Source: Bacteroidota bacterium
GTDB taxonomy: Bacteria > Bacteroidota > Bacteroidia > AKYH767-A > OLB10
Assembly: GCA_031411335.1 (NCBI GenBank)
Contig: JANOAX010000264.1
Coordinates: 1-61,660, forward strand
Direction: 5' to 3'
DNA: 61,660 bases
Part shown: positions 23,877 to 34,508 of the stretch, one piece after another
How positions within the stretch are numbered: position 1 is the first letter of the stretch
Layout of the letters: each line of letters begins with the position of its first letter
Notes under the pieces: model-generated
Told to the model about the DNA's origin: nothing
Databases searched by the model: none
What the model saw: only the letters and a program-made list of their open reading frames with translations
Position numbers and translations under genes: made by a program

Positions 23877-26800
23877 CTAATTCTGCAGATTTTGAAAATA
23901 AGAGTTCACTAAGTTCTTATAAAAACCATTGAATCCGGGAGGGATGGTTTTTAGTAATTCGGTCTCTCGACCCTTCATTTTCATAAACTCAGTAAATTGT
24001 GGAGGTGTGCGATTTATATCTCGAGCCTCATTCGATTCTCTTCTTTCTTCTTGCTCTCTTTCGCGTTCCGCCTTTTCAGATTCTAAAAGTCGGGTCAGAA
24101 TTTCTTGCTGACGCTTCATGGTAAGTTCGCTAATGCGCTTATTCACAATGTCTTTCTCGTTTTGCTCCATCTGCTCAGCGAGTTTACTTAAGTCGCCCAA
24201 CTTCCCTTGCCCGTCTTTATTGTCTTTCATGTTAAGCTGATTGATGGCGTTTCGAAGGGCCTCTTGTTGAGCAGCCATTCTTGCTAACTCTTCACTCATT
24301 CCATCTCCAGGTTTTCCACCAGGCTTATCACCGGGTTTCTCTCCGGGCTTCTTCCCTTTTTCCATCTTCTCTTTCATCTCCTTGAGCTGTTGTCCCAGCT
24401 TTTCCTGCATCTTTTTAACGTCGCCCGCAGTGGGTCCTGGCTTCGGTTTGCCTTTTCCAGGCTTTGGCTTTCCTTGACCTGGTTTATCACAGCTCGCATC
24501 ACTTTCCTTCTGTTCTTTCTGCATCTGATCCAAGCTCTCACTTAGCATAAGCGCCAAATTATTTACAGCTGTCATTATGAACTGTTGGTTGGCTCTAGCC
24601 TGAGGAACGGTTCTATCTTGTAGATTTAAAAGTGCTTTTTCGGTATTGGCATTGATGTCGGTGATTTGCTCGTTTACGGCAGAACTAATCTGCACCACCC
24701 TTTTACTCAAGGCCAATAACGAGTCTTCCAAAATCTTTGCATCATCCTTCAGCTTTCGTTGCTCTTGGGCCATCTTCAAATATTGAGGATTGTTGATATC
24801 AACTCCTTTCAACTTTTCCATCAACCCTTCCTGATCGAAACTAAAGCGCAACAGGTTTTCCAATAGGGCGCGCATCGCCTGCATGTCTTCCTCGTTTTGC
24901 TCTTCCTCTTTTTCCTGTTGTTGTTTCTTTATTTTCTGACTGAGGTCTTTCATTTTCTCTGCCGCCTTTTTTTGACTTTGCTTTGCGTTCTTCTTTTTCC
25001 CATTGGAAAGTTGTTGTTCGCTGTCTTGCATGTCTTCCTTGATGGATTCCTCTTCTTTCTCAAAATCCTTCAACTCCTGAGAATATTCTAGCTCTTCGTT
25101 TTTCTTCTCTATATCTTCAAGACTCTTTTCGATGTCTTTAAAGTCCTTGTTCAACTCTTTTTGCTCTTCTTTTAATTTTTCACTTTCAGCATCTTTCTGA
25201 TCGTTCTTGTCGGCAAGCTTCTCTTGCTCTTCGGCGAGCTTCTCGAGGTTCTCTGCCGTTTCTTTCATCTTCTCTTCTAACTCTAGCTGCTTAAAAAGTT
25301 CCAAAGTGCGATCGAGTTGTTTTTCCAGATCCTTGCTATCGAGTTTCATCTTCTCTACCATATCTTGAAGTTTCTGCTTGTCGAGTTGTGCCATTAGCTT
25401 TTCCAACTCTTCCATCATTTTCTTCATTTCGGGCGACATCAACTTCTCGAACAGCTCCTCTAATTGTTTTTGCTTTTGGGCTAATTCAGGATCGGGGGCG
25501 CGGAACTCATTCTGTTGTTTCGCATTTTCGTCTTGTTGCTTTTGAATTTCGGCCACTTTCTGCTCCAACTCTTTTTGTTGATTCAAAATATCACTCACCT
25601 TCTTACGATCTTCGTAACTAAGGTTCTTTTTGTTCAATAAGTCTTTATTCAGGTTGCTTAGATCTTTTTGGAGATCCTTTGCTTTTTTGATGCTCTCGCT
25701 TAAATCTTCTTTGAGTGACTTATTCCTCGACTCATTCTCCTTTGCTAATTCTTGCACGCTGGGTGCTTTGAAAACGCTAGAGGTGGATCGAGCGCTTTTT
25801 GGACCATGAACTCCATCATTGTCCCAAACCTCAAAATAATATTCAATCTCATCGCCTGCATTTAATTGAATAGTGGCCAAATCCCAGAAATGATAAAACT
25901 GATCTTGGGTAACGCCCTTATTAAATCCCAGTGGAGCAGCCTTCGCTTCTTCTTGAACATCCTGCCCATCCTTCTTCAAAAAACGATACCTGAATTGTAG
26001 TTTACTTAAACCATAATCGTCCATCACCATACCTCTAAAATAAATTCTTTGGTAGGAGTTGGAATCTCTTTGCTCTTCCACTTCAATTTGTGGATACTGA
26101 TCCGGAATCACATTGATCACATAAGCAACGGAATCTTTCGATTGAATAAATTCATTTCGAGTGCTGATGGTATATCCGCTACTGGAAAGTAGTTTTCGCA
26201 CTAATGAATAATTATTTTCTTCTCCTTCTTTCAAGGTGTAGGTGCTATCGGCAAAGCGTATACGAAGTTCACTTGTATTTTGTGTGCCGATGTTCCACGT
26301 GGCACGAGTTCCAGCAGGAATTAAGAGGTCGCCGGTATTCTTGATGGTTTCGTTTTTACGTCCTAAATAGGCCGGGTAATTTAGCTCAACAGAAAAATCA
26401 ACCAACACTGGATTTGGTACAGCTGTCAATGTATAGTCGTCCGAATAAAACCCATCTGCCATTAAACGAAAACTGGTATTTCCCTGAACATTTCTAAATG
26501 TATAGTGGAGCTTATCTAAATTTTCTTTTTCTAGTTTGAAGGTGTTATTGCCAACCTCAACATATACATCGCGGGGAATTTCATTACCACTTATTTTTAC
26601 ATCGATGGTAAAATCGTCGAATTGAACCACCTGCAATTTCTCATTCGTTACGTTAAACTGAAACGGTGCTGGCTTCGAATATTTCTTTGTGTGATGCAAA
26701 AGTCGGCTTGCTGGATCCGTAATTAAACTTGGTGCAGCAAACAAAATAACGATCAGTGCTAAAAGAGGGAAAGCAGCATAAGGCAAATACTTTCTATTCT

Positions 26801-27281
26801 TCCTTAGATCGATTGCTGATGAAAAAGCAATGGGGCGCAGCTCCGCACTTTTTTGGTTGATGGATGCATGAATCAACGACAAATGCTCGGGCTCTTGACT
26901 CACCTGATCATGAAGTTGAAGCGTATTTAACAGTTTGTCGCGAATGGGTTGAAAATGTTGACCTATGATATTGGCGGCTTCTGTGTGGCTGATGGTTTTA
27001 CCCAACTTATATAGCTTAAACAGAGGGGTAAGCACCAATTTCCAGAGTACAATCCCTGTAGAAATGAGGTATGAATAAAACAGAACCGCTCTTACTGTAG
27101 GATTAAACCAAGCCAACGATTCCAGGAGTGTAATAGAAATAAAAAACACCAGCAAGAGGGCGAAGGCATAAATGCCGCCACGCATCAACTGATTAGTATA
27201 AAACTTCCGGATGAAAGCGTCCAGCTTCTCCAGCAACTCACGATAATTATTCTCGGCGGTGGACATATTACAAATGTACAA
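23877..27281 (-). CDS. Large membrane-anchored coiled-coil protein (DUF4175-like)
   Basis: 1134 aa with N-terminal TM helices (GGIYAFALLLVFFISITLL, AVLFYSYLISTGIVLW) and another TM at about aa 170. A beta-rich middle is followed by about 450 aa of K/E/Q-rich heptad-like sequence and KPG-type low-complexity runs (GQGKPKPGKGKPKPG; GKKPGEKPGDKPGGKPGDG). The likely start is MSTAENNY at 27266. Confidence 0.6.
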   Translation of the reverse strand: MYICNMSTAENNYRELLEKLDAFIRKFYTNQLMRGGIYAFALLLVFFISITLLESLAWFNPTVRAVLFYSYLISTGIVLWKLVLTPLFKLYKLGKTISHTEAANIIGQHFQPIRDKLLNTLQLHDQVSQEPEHLSLIHASINQKSAELRPIAFSSAIDLRKNRKYLPYAAFPLLALIVILFAAPSLITDPASRLLHHTKKYSKPAPFQFNVTNEKLQVVQFDDFTIDVKISGNEIPRDVYVEVGNNTFKLEKENLDKLHYTFRNVQGNTSFRLMADGFYSDDYTLTAVPNPVLVDFSVELNYPAYLGRKNETIKNTGDLLIPAGTRATWNIGTQNTSELRIRFADSTYTLKEGEENNYSLVRKLLSSSGYTISTRNEFIQSKDSVAYVINVIPDQYPQIEVEEQRDSNSYQRIYFRGMVMDDYGLSKLQFRYRFLKKDGQDVQEEAKAAPLGFNKGVTQDQFYHFWDLATIQLNAGDEIEYYFEVWDNDGVHGPKSARSTSSVFKAPSVQELAKENESRNKSLKEDLSESIKKAKDLQKDLSNLNKDLLNKKNLSYEDRKKVSDILNQQKELEQKVAEIQKQQDENAKQQNEFRAPDPELAQKQKQLEELFEKLMSPEMKKMMEELEKLMAQLDKQKLQDMVEKMKLDSKDLEKQLDRTLELFKQLELEEKMKETAENLEKLAEEQEKLADKNDQKDAESEKLKEEQKELNKDFKDIEKSLEDIEKKNEELEYSQELKDFEKEEESIKEDMQDSEQQLSNGKKKNAKQSQKKAAEKMKDLSQKIKKQQQEKEEEQNEEDMQAMRALLENLLRFSFDQEGLMEKLKGVDINNPQYLKMAQEQRKLKDDAKILEDSLLALSKRVVQISSAVNEQITDINANTEKALLNLQDRTVPQARANQQFIMTAVNNLALMLSESLDQMQKEQKESDASCDKPGQGKPKPGKGKPKPGPTAGDVKKMQEKLGQQLKEMKEKMEKGKKPGEKPGDKPGGKPGDGMSEELARMAAQQEALRNAINQLNMKDNKDGQGKLGDLSKLAEQMEQNEKDIVNKRISELTMKRQQEILTRLLESEKAEREREQEERRESNEARDINRTPPQFTEFMKMKGRETELLKTIPPGFNGFYKNLVNSYFQNLQN

Positions 27282-27388
27282 TGAAATTTAGGTACTTAGT
27301 GAACGTTTTTAGAGTTAAATAATTGTACGTATTAGTAAGGCAAAGGGTTCCATCTCCCATTAAACCCATCTTAAGAGGAAAAAAACTG

Positions 27389-28270
27389 TTATTTAAGTCT
27401 TGCCACCACACCTAAAGGCAATACAACTCCACTGGTAGCCTGTAAATAAATTTCTCCTATTTCGGCTGTAGACGCTCTCTTTTCAAAATGCTCTTCTATT
27501 AAATTTTTAATGATGAGTGAAGAAAATCCGAGTGAGTAGGTGTTTAACACTAAAAATGAATTTTCGGGTTCTAAAAGTTCGGAAACACATTTCATCATTT
27601 CATTAATCATCTCTTCCAGTTTCCAGTTTTCACCATTGGGACCATGACCAAACGCAGGTGGGTCTAAAATAATTCCATGGTATCTTTTTCCTCTTTTTAC
27701 TTCACGTTTCACATAGGTCATCGCATCTTCCACTAACCAACGAATATCATCAAGCTTACTCAACTCCATATTTTCTCTAGCCCAAGAAACCACTTGTTTT
27801 ATAGAGTCGAGATGGGTGATATCGGCACCCGCTGCTTTGGCTGCTAAGGAGGATCCTCCTGTGTAGGCAAATAAATTTAAGACTTTAGGTTTTTCTACTT
27901 CCTTACTGATGCGTTTCACATTTTCATAAATGTATTCCCAGTTGACGGCTTGCTCGGGAAATACACCAACATGTTTAAAAGAGGTTAGGCCTAATCTAAA
28001 AAAAATACTACTGGTTGAATTGATATCATATTGTATTCTCCACTGATCGGGCATATCCTTTAACTTTTGCCAAGTACCTGCTGAGCTACTCTTAGGAACA
28101 AAGCGTACATGCGCTTTTTTATCCCATTCTTGATTTGACAATTTCTTACTCCAAACGGCTTGTGGTTCTGGACGAATTGTAATGTACTTACCAAAGCGTT
28201 CTAGTTTCTCAAAGTCACCACAGTCAATTAGTTCGTAGTCGGGGAATTGGGTTGGAGTTAATAAAATCAT
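27389..28270 (-). CDS. Class I SAM-dependent (rRNA-type, RlmI/RlmK-like) methyltransferase
   Basis: 293 aa with SAM motif VLNLFAYTGGSSLAAKAAGA and the catalytic-region motif GIILDPPAFG. Confidence 0.75.
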   Translation of the reverse strand: MILLTPTQFPDYELIDCGDFEKLERFGKYITIRPEPQAVWSKKLSNQEWDKKAHVRFVPKSSSAGTWQKLKDMPDQWRIQYDINSTSSIFFRLGLTSFKHVGVFPEQAVNWEYIYENVKRISKEVEKPKVLNLFAYTGGSSLAAKAAGADITHLDSIKQVVSWARENMELSKLDDIRWLVEDAMTYVKREVKRGKRYHGIILDPPAFGHGPNGENWKLEEMINEMMKCVSELLEPENSFLVLNTYSLGFSSLIIKNLIEEHFEKRASTAEIGEIYLQATSGVVLPLGVVARLK

Positions 28271-28931
28271 CGGTACAAAGTTAGTTTGTTTTTGGATGTT
28301 GGATGTTAGTTATTGGTTGTTAGATATGTGTTTTTAGATGTTATGACATTAAATATTAGTAGGGTATGCTTGTATCTTATAGCTTGTAGCTTGAAGCTTA
28401 ACAATATTCGAAGCTAAATTTCTAAACTACCAAAAAACCATATCAACGAAAAAAACATGTTCATACCTGTGTTCATAACGCAAAAACTTGTGTATATCTA
28501 TTCTATAAGATTATTTGGAAATGATAAACCTGTATGGCTTAATCAGGGGTTATTATAATCCAAAAATTTGGCTTGTTTTTTCCTAGTCTTTATAAACTTT
28601 CTTATACACGGAATTTACATTAATTCTATTCACAATTATTCAACAATCACTGATGTTAACACTTGTTAATAAGTGTAAGGTTACTTATTAATCAATACTT
28701 TACTTTATACGTTTATTATATAAAATTGTGAATAAAGCCTAACAACTGAACTCAACAATGCTTTTAATAAAAAGGAATACACATTATGAACAGTACATTA
28801 TTAACATATATTATTATTTAAATAAATATATTATAATATATACTGTTGATTAAAACGCTTGATGGTTTTTCGACAATTTTTAGAAGTCGTTTTTAAATAA
28901 TAACAATCTCCTTTTTTCCGTTTTAACCCTG

Positions 28932-28939
28932 TACTTTTG
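28932..28939 (+). promoter_or_regulatory. Candidate Bacteroidota sigma-A -7 box (TAnnTTTG) for nadA
   Basis: TACTTTTG matches the TAnnTTTG consensus and lies 22 nt upstream of the nadA ATG. Position alone supports it and no -33 element was confidently identified. Confidence 0.3.
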
Positions 28940-28961
28940 CCCAAGTAATCCAGTAAATCTC

Positions 28962-29957
28962 ATGTCGAATTTTAACGCCGTTTCCGAAGTAAATACCCAA
29001 GGGTTTGTGAATGAGGCGGTCGACCCACGCCTTGACCTTTTCGAAGCTATAAAATTATTGAAAAAGGAGAAGAACGCGGTGATCTTAGCTCACTACTACC
29101 AGGATTCTGATATTCAGGATATTGCGGATTACATAGGAGACAGTTTAGGTTTAGCTCAAGAAGCAGCTAAGACACAGGCAGATATCATCGTTTTTGCAGG
29201 TGTTCATTTCATGGCTGAAACAGCCAAATTGCTCAATCCCACCAAGAAGGTTTTAATGCCCGATTTTAGAGCGGGATGTTCATTATCAGAATCTTGTCCA
29301 CCTGATGAGTTTAGAAAGTTTAGAGAAGCCCATCCTCACCATGTTGTGATCAGTTACATCAATTGCTCTGCAGCCATCAAAGCGCAAACGGATATTATTT
29401 GCACTTCCAGTAATGCCATTAAAGTGGTGGAGAGTGTTCCAAAAGATAAACCGATACTATTTGCTCCTGATAAAAATTTAGGCGCTTGGGTAGCTAAAAA
29501 AACAGGTCGTGATTTATTGTTATGGGACGGTGCATGCATGGTACATGAAATTTTTTCATTGGAGAAAATTACCAAGTTGAAAGCATTACATCCTCAAGCA
29601 CTTTTTATTGCGCATCCTGAGTGCGAAGAACCCGTTTTAAAGTTAGCCGACTATATAGGCTCTACCACTGGACTTTTAAAATTCACGAAGGAAAACCCCG
29701 CCACAATATTTATTGTTGGTACAGAGAGTGGAATTTTACATCAGATGGAAAATTCATCTCCTGGAAAAACATTTATTCCAGCTCCTCCTAATAATAACTG
29801 TGCATGTAATGATTGTCCGCATATGAAATTAAATACGCTTGAAAAAGTGTATTTATGTTTAAAGCATGAATTACCCGAAGTACAAATTGATCCTTTATTG
29901 TTTGAAGATGCACTTAGACCACTTCAACGCATGTTAGAAATAAGTGCGAAGCCATAA
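28962..29957 (+). CDS. nadA: Quinolinate synthase A
   Basis: 331 aa with conserved NadA blocks ([57 protein letters not shown]). Confidence 0.95.
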   Translation: MSNFNAVSEVNTQGFVNEAVDPRLDLFEAIKLLKKEKNAVILAHYYQDSDIQDIADYIGDSLGLAQEAAKTQADIIVFAGVHFMAETAKLLNPTKKVLMPDFRAGCSLSESCPPDEFRKFREAHPHHVVISYINCSAAIKAQTDIICTSSNAIKVVESVPKDKPILFAPDKNLGAWVAKKTGRDLLLWDGACMVHEIFSLEKITKLKALHPQALFIAHPECEEPVLKLADYIGSTTGLLKFTKENPATIFIVGTESGILHQMENSSPGKTFIPAPPNNNCACNDCPHMKLNTLEKVYLCLKHELPEVQIDPLLFEDALRPLQRMLEISAKP

Positions 29958-30219
29958 TTTGTATTGTGTAATACCAGTTTTCTATTATATGTAATCAAAT
30001 TATTTAAGCCTAAAAGGAAGCATAACTAGAGAAATAAATATTAATAAAAAGTAATATTGTAAGGAACGGCGCGGAGGCCGCCCACGCAACAGTGCGAACC
30101 GATTTTTGCTGAACCGATGAAGTAAAGAAATAGCACAAAAGATTGTTTAGTGGTTGCGAAAGAAAGTAGAAAGCATAAACCGCAAAAATTGGTTGGTGTT
30201 GGGTGGCGTGCTTTCTTTG

Positions 30220-30250
30220 GTTACTTTCTTTTCACGCAAAAGAAAGTAAC
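30220..30250. repeat. Perfect 13-bp-stem hairpin inside a short GC-rich island (REP-like element or small RNA fragment)
   Basis: GTTACTTTCTTTT-cacgc-AAAAGAAAGTAAC. It lies within a locally GC-rich patch (about 30062-30250) in an otherwise very AT-rich 620-bp spacer. There is no flanking U-tract. Confidence 0.5.
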
Positions 30251-30577
30251 AAGTAATTTAGAACTAGAATATTAATTAAAAAACTAAAATACTTATTACA
30301 AAAATTTGTGAACTACTTCACACTCATCTGTATAATATAAAATTCAGTGATAACGAAAATAACTTATTAGCAAAAAAAATATTATAACTATTTGCACTAT
30401 TTAATATTTATGATTGGTATAATAGAATAATCTACGGTGATATTACAATTGTACCTAAATTTTTAGTGTACTTTGTGTTAAACAAAATATTAAACAAGCT
30501 GTAAACATCAAAATCATAAAGTATTTAACATTTAGTATTGCTTCCTTAATTGTTGAACTAGTATATTAGCATTCTCT

Positions 30578-32065
30578 ATGAAAAAAATATTCTTTTTACT
30601 TCTTCTTTTATCGTCAGTAGTATTTGGCCAAGTAGATGGTCCAATGAAATACTATTACGCCAGCGGAAAATTAAGTTCGGAAGGTAACTTTAAAAATGGT
30701 CAGCCCGACGGTTACTGGAAATCGTATTATGAAAATGGGAATGTTAAATCAGAAGGAAATCGTGTGAATGGACAACTCGATAGCTTATGGAGTTTTTATA
30801 ATGAAGAGGGTAAAAAAACTTCGGATATCCATTACCATAATAATATAAAGAGTGGATGGCAGTACGATTATTTTCCAACAGGTAAAGTTTATATTCAACG
30901 TTGGATGGTGAATGGCATTACGGATAGTATTGCGCATTATTATCATGAGAAAGGATATTTAGAAAAAACAATTTTACTAAGTGGAGGGTTAGAAGATGGC
31001 ATTGCAAAAGAATTTTCAGAGGAAGGAAGAATTATTACACTCACTACGTATAAAAACGGATTTTTTGTTAAACAAGATAAAATAAATCGTTACGATAAGT
31101 TTGGTTTCAAACAAGGAGCCTGGAAAGAATTTTATCCATCAGGAGTTGTGAAGGAAGATGGAATGTGGAAAGATGATATGAAGAACGGTGTGTTCAGATG
31201 GTTGAGTCCAGATGGAATTGTGTTGAGAATGGAAGTGTGGAAGAGAGGAGAGTTAGTACAGGATGAATTAGCGAATGTTAAATTAGATATTAAACGCGAC
31301 TATCACAACAACGGTCGACCAAAAAGTTCTGTTAATATTATCAATGGAGTAAAAGAGGGCGTTTACAGAGAGTTTGATAAAGAAGGAAATATTACCATCA
31401 GTAAACTTTATGAAAAAGATAAAGTGTATGCAGAAGGCGGAACTGTAGACGCACAAGGAAGACAACAAGGAAAGTGGAAGTATTTTTATAAAGATGGAAA
31501 TACGAAATGGGAAGGGAGTTTTAAAGATGGATTAAGAGATGGTCCTTGGATATTTTATTATTCGAATAAGCAAATTCAACAACAAGGTAATTATTTAAAA
31601 AATAAACCTGATGGGAATTGGAAATGGTTTTATCCAGATGCAAAATTATTGCGCGAGGAAAATTATTCAGGTGGCACAGAAAACGGTGCGAGTTCAGAAT
31701 TTGATGAACAAGGAAATATCATTGCTCAAGGAAATATGGTAGATGGCAAGCGTGATGGAAATTGGAAGTATAAGAACGGCGAATACATTGCTGAAGGAAA
31801 TTATGTGGAAGGAAATCAAGATGGCATGTGGATTCAACTTTATGCAGATGGAAAAAAAGCTTTTGAAGGAGAATATTTTGAAGGATTAGAAAATGGAGTC
31901 CACAAATTTTATTTTAAAAATAGCAAACCAAAGGAAGAAAGAAAATATCGTTTAGGTTTGAAAGAGGGTGATTGGAAAGTTTGGGACGAAAGTGGCGAAC
32001 TACTTTTAACCACCACTTACGAGCGTGGAGAAGTGAAGAAAATGGAAGGAGTGAAAATAAAATAG
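30578..32065 (+). CDS. MORN-repeat-variant (YwqK-like) repeat protein, secreted
   Basis: 495 aa with a signal peptide (MKKIFFLLLLLSSVVFGQ). About 15 repeats of the type G(x)xDGxWKxYYxNGxxKxEGxxxNG follow. Confidence 0.8.
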   Translation: MKKIFFLLLLLSSVVFGQVDGPMKYYYASGKLSSEGNFKNGQPDGYWKSYYENGNVKSEGNRVNGQLDSLWSFYNEEGKKTSDIHYHNNIKSGWQYDYFPTGKVYIQRWMVNGITDSIAHYYHEKGYLEKTILLSGGLEDGIAKEFSEEGRIITLTTYKNGFFVKQDKINRYDKFGFKQGAWKEFYPSGVVKEDGMWKDDMKNGVFRWLSPDGIVLRMEVWKRGELVQDELANVKLDIKRDYHNNGRPKSSVNIINGVKEGVYREFDKEGNITISKLYEKDKVYAEGGTVDAQGRQQGKWKYFYKDGNTKWEGSFKDGLRDGPWIFYYSNKQIQQQGNYLKNKPDGNWKWFYPDAKLLREENYSGGTENGASSEFDEQGNIIAQGNMVDGKRDGNWKYKNGEYIAEGNYVEGNQDGMWIQLYADGKKAFEGEYFEGLENGVHKFYFKNSKPKEERKYRLGLKEGDWKVWDESGELLLTTTYERGEVKKMEGVKIK

Positions 32066-32194
32066 ACTATTTTTTTATGTTTTTCTAGCATAACTCATAT
32101 TTTCTAAGACTTTTTGAATATAATCTTTGCTAATGTCGGCAACCCGACATTCTTTTAATAGTAACCTTCCGACCTTGCACTCGAATTAAAAACG

Positions 32195-32662
32195 ATGAAA
32201 AGAACAATTCTATTTATTCTGCTAGCCTTTGTGTATACATGGAGTGCAGCTCAAACAGATCAAGAAAGAAAGGCAAGCTTTAATATTGAGAACAATATTG
32301 CCATTCAAGGATATGACCCTGTAGCCTATATTAAGTCGAACAAAGCCATAGAAGGCAAGAAGGAAATTGTAGCCTCCTATAAAGGAATTAACTATCGGTT
32401 TTCATCAAAAGAAAACTTAGAACTATTTAAGCAGGCGCCCGGTACTTATGAGCCAGCTTACGGAGGATGGTGCGCTTATGCGATGGGAAATTCGGGAGAA
32501 AAAGTGGAGGTGGACCCAAGCACATTTAAATTGATTGATGGAAAAATATATTTATTCTACAACTTCTATTTCAACAATACTTTGAAGTCGTGGAATAAAA
32601 TGGAACCAGAATTAAAAGCAAAGGCCGAAAATAATTGGAATAAAATTATTACCAAAAAATGA
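32195..32662 (+). CDS. YHS-domain (TRASH-like) periplasmic protein
   Basis: 155 aa with a signal peptide. The IQGYDPVAYI...YKGINYRFSSKENLELFKQAPGTYEPAYGGWCAYAM pattern is typical of YHS-domain proteins. Confidence 0.7.
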   Translation: MKRTILFILLAFVYTWSAAQTDQERKASFNIENNIAIQGYDPVAYIKSNKAIEGKKEIVASYKGINYRFSSKENLELFKQAPGTYEPAYGGWCAYAMGNSGEKVEVDPSTFKLIDGKIYLFYNFYFNNTLKSWNKMEPELKAKAENNWNKIITKK

Positions 32663-33060
32663 AAAACAAATTCAAATACCTAGATGTTATAGCGAAAGGC
32701 GTTGCGGCATTCATTATGTTACAAACCTTGTATTTTAAATTTTCGGCGAGTCCGGAATCAGTATATATTTTTTCCACTATAGGCATGGAGCCTGTGGGAA
32801 GAATAGGTTCGGGAATTGGAGAATTGATTGTATCGATATTGATACTTGTCCCCAAAACAACTTGGTTGGGTGCAATGGGAGCCATTGGATTAATGAGTGG
32901 AGCCATATTTTTCCACCTCACTTCGCTTGGAATTATGGTGATGGACGACGGAGGACAATTGTTTATATATGCCTGTTTAGTATTTTTAAGTGCGCTGTAC
33001 TTATTGATTCGAAATAAAGAAATACCCTTAGCGCTAATATTTAATAGAAAAAGTAAATAA
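32659..33060 (+). CDS. DoxX-family integral membrane protein
   Basis: 133 aa with four predicted TM helices. The start overlaps the YHS gene stop (ATGA). Confidence 0.6.
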   Translation: MKNKFKYLDVIAKGVAAFIMLQTLYFKFSASPESVYIFSTIGMEPVGRIGSGIGELIVSILILVPKTTWLGAMGAIGLMSGAIFFHLTSLGIMVMDDGGQLFIYACLVFLSALYLLIRNKEIPLALIFNRKSK

Positions 33061-33998
33061 TGAAAATAGTAAAATCGGTAGTCGCAATTTTTATTCTCTT
33101 AGCTGTATCTTTTGTAGATGTAAAAGCACAAGGCTGTAGTGATGCCGGTGTGTGTAGTATTGGTTCATCTCATACAATTGCGGATGATAGCACATCTATT
33201 GAAGGGCGCGGTACTTCATCTGTATCACTAACTACATCATTCGGAATGGGAGAAGAAGGAGTTTCTATTTTTCAAATCATGCCCGAACTAAACATTGGAA
33301 TCACAAAGAAATTATCTTGGCAAGCGCGAATTCCCTTTATGAACATAAATGGAAACCTAGGTGATGTTTCGGGAATTGGCGATGTGGTGACGGGATTTTC
33401 TTTTGTTGCCAATAAAAAACCAACCACAAAAACTGTAATATATGGAGGCGTAAAAATTCCACTGAGTGACGCCAACGAAAAAAAGAAAAACCTTTCCTTA
33501 CCGATGCCTTATCAAGTAGGAATTGGAACACTTGATTTTGTGGGAGGAATAAGTCATTCATTTTATAATTGGCAAACCACAATCGGTTATCAACATGTTC
33601 TTTACAATAGAAACAAAAACGAATTCACCAGAAAGTTGTGGGCAAACAATAAAGACGCGCAAAAATATTTTGAATCAAAAGGTTTTATAAGAGGGAATGA
33701 TGCATCATTTAAATTAGAATATAATTTCAAAAGGAACAAAGCCAATATTGCGCCCGGCGTTTTGGCTATTTACCGAATCAATAAAGATCAAATATTGGAT
33801 ACAAATAATGTTCACTATGCTATTAAAGGATCGGATGGCATCACCTTAAATATTACTGGCGACGCCACCTATGAAATCGGAAAAAAATCAACCCTCCGTT
33901 TCCAATTGGGGTTTCCCGTGATTGTACGCGATATCAGAGCGGATGGGCTAACACGAAGCCTAGTACTAAATCTAGGTTATTATATTAACTTGAATTAA
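33060..33998 (+). CDS. Putative outer-membrane beta-barrel protein
   Basis: 312 aa with a signal peptide, alternating beta-strand pattern and a C-terminal aromatic-rich strand (LNLGYYINLN). The start overlaps the DoxX stop (TAATG). Family not recognised. Confidence 0.4.
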   Translation: MKIVKSVVAIFILLAVSFVDVKAQGCSDAGVCSIGSSHTIADDSTSIEGRGTSSVSLTTSFGMGEEGVSIFQIMPELNIGITKKLSWQARIPFMNINGNLGDVSGIGDVVTGFSFVANKKPTTKTVIYGGVKIPLSDANEKKKNLSLPMPYQVGIGTLDFVGGISHSFYNWQTTIGYQHVLYNRNKNEFTRKLWANNKDAQKYFESKGFIRGNDASFKLEYNFKRNKANIAPGVLAIYRINKDQILDTNNVHYAIKGSDGITLNITGDATYEIGKKSTLRFQLGFPVIVRDIRADGLTRSLVLNLGYYINLN

Positions 33999-34001
33999 AT
34001 T

Positions 34002-34508
34002 ATGGAAATAAAAGATACATCCAAAGAAGTTTTGCAACAACTTGTAGAACTAATTGATAAGTTAGACAACGAACAATTTGCTCGACCCCTTTCTTTATTA
34101 TCAGGAAATACCATTGGCAAACATATTCGACATATCATAGAATTGTATGATCAACTTTTGATAGGTTACGATTCAGGTATCATTAATTACGATGATCGTA
34201 AAAGAGATTTGCGAACGGAGACAGAAACGAATTATGCCATTGATAAACTGGAGCGGATTATTCTCGCTTGTGAAAACAAATCGGACAAGTCTGTACAATT
34301 AATATTGGACTATTCCATCGACGATGTTGTAAACGATACGGTTAATTCATCTTACAAACGAGAGTTAGCCTATAATATTGAACATGCCATTCATCACATG
34401 GCAATTTTAAAAATGGCCGTTGAAAATTCTTTTTCTGGGATTATATTGGATAAAACATTTGGCATCGCTCCATCTACTATTAGATTTCAAAAGGAATGTG
34501 TACAGTAA
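34002..34508 (+). CDS. DinB-family (DinB_2-like) four-helix-bundle protein
   Basis: 168 aa with histidines spaced as in the DinB metal triad (GKHIRHIIELYD ... NIEHAIHHMA). Confidence 0.65.
   Translation: MEIKDTSKEVLQQLVELIDKLDNEQFARPLSLLSGNTIGKHIRHIIELYDQLLIGYDSGIINYDDRKRDLRTETETNYAIDKLERIILACENKSDKSVQLILDYSIDDVVNDTVNSSYKRELAYNIEHAIHHMAILKMAVENSFSGIILDKTFGIAPSTIRFQKECVQ

Noticed and set aside
28271-28961. 690-nt AT-rich divergent spacer upstream of nadA as a possible hidden gene, ncRNA or NAD riboswitch
   Set aside because: I saw no ORF, no convincing conserved-looking helices and no resemblance to the nadA-motif RNA. Only short low-complexity repeats (gttggatgttggatgttag, agcttgtagcttgaagctt) and a plausible -7 box are present.
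32649-32921. 90-aa minus-strand ORF
   Set aside because: It is antisense to the DoxX gene within a tightly coupled plus-strand operon, so it is a shadow ORF.
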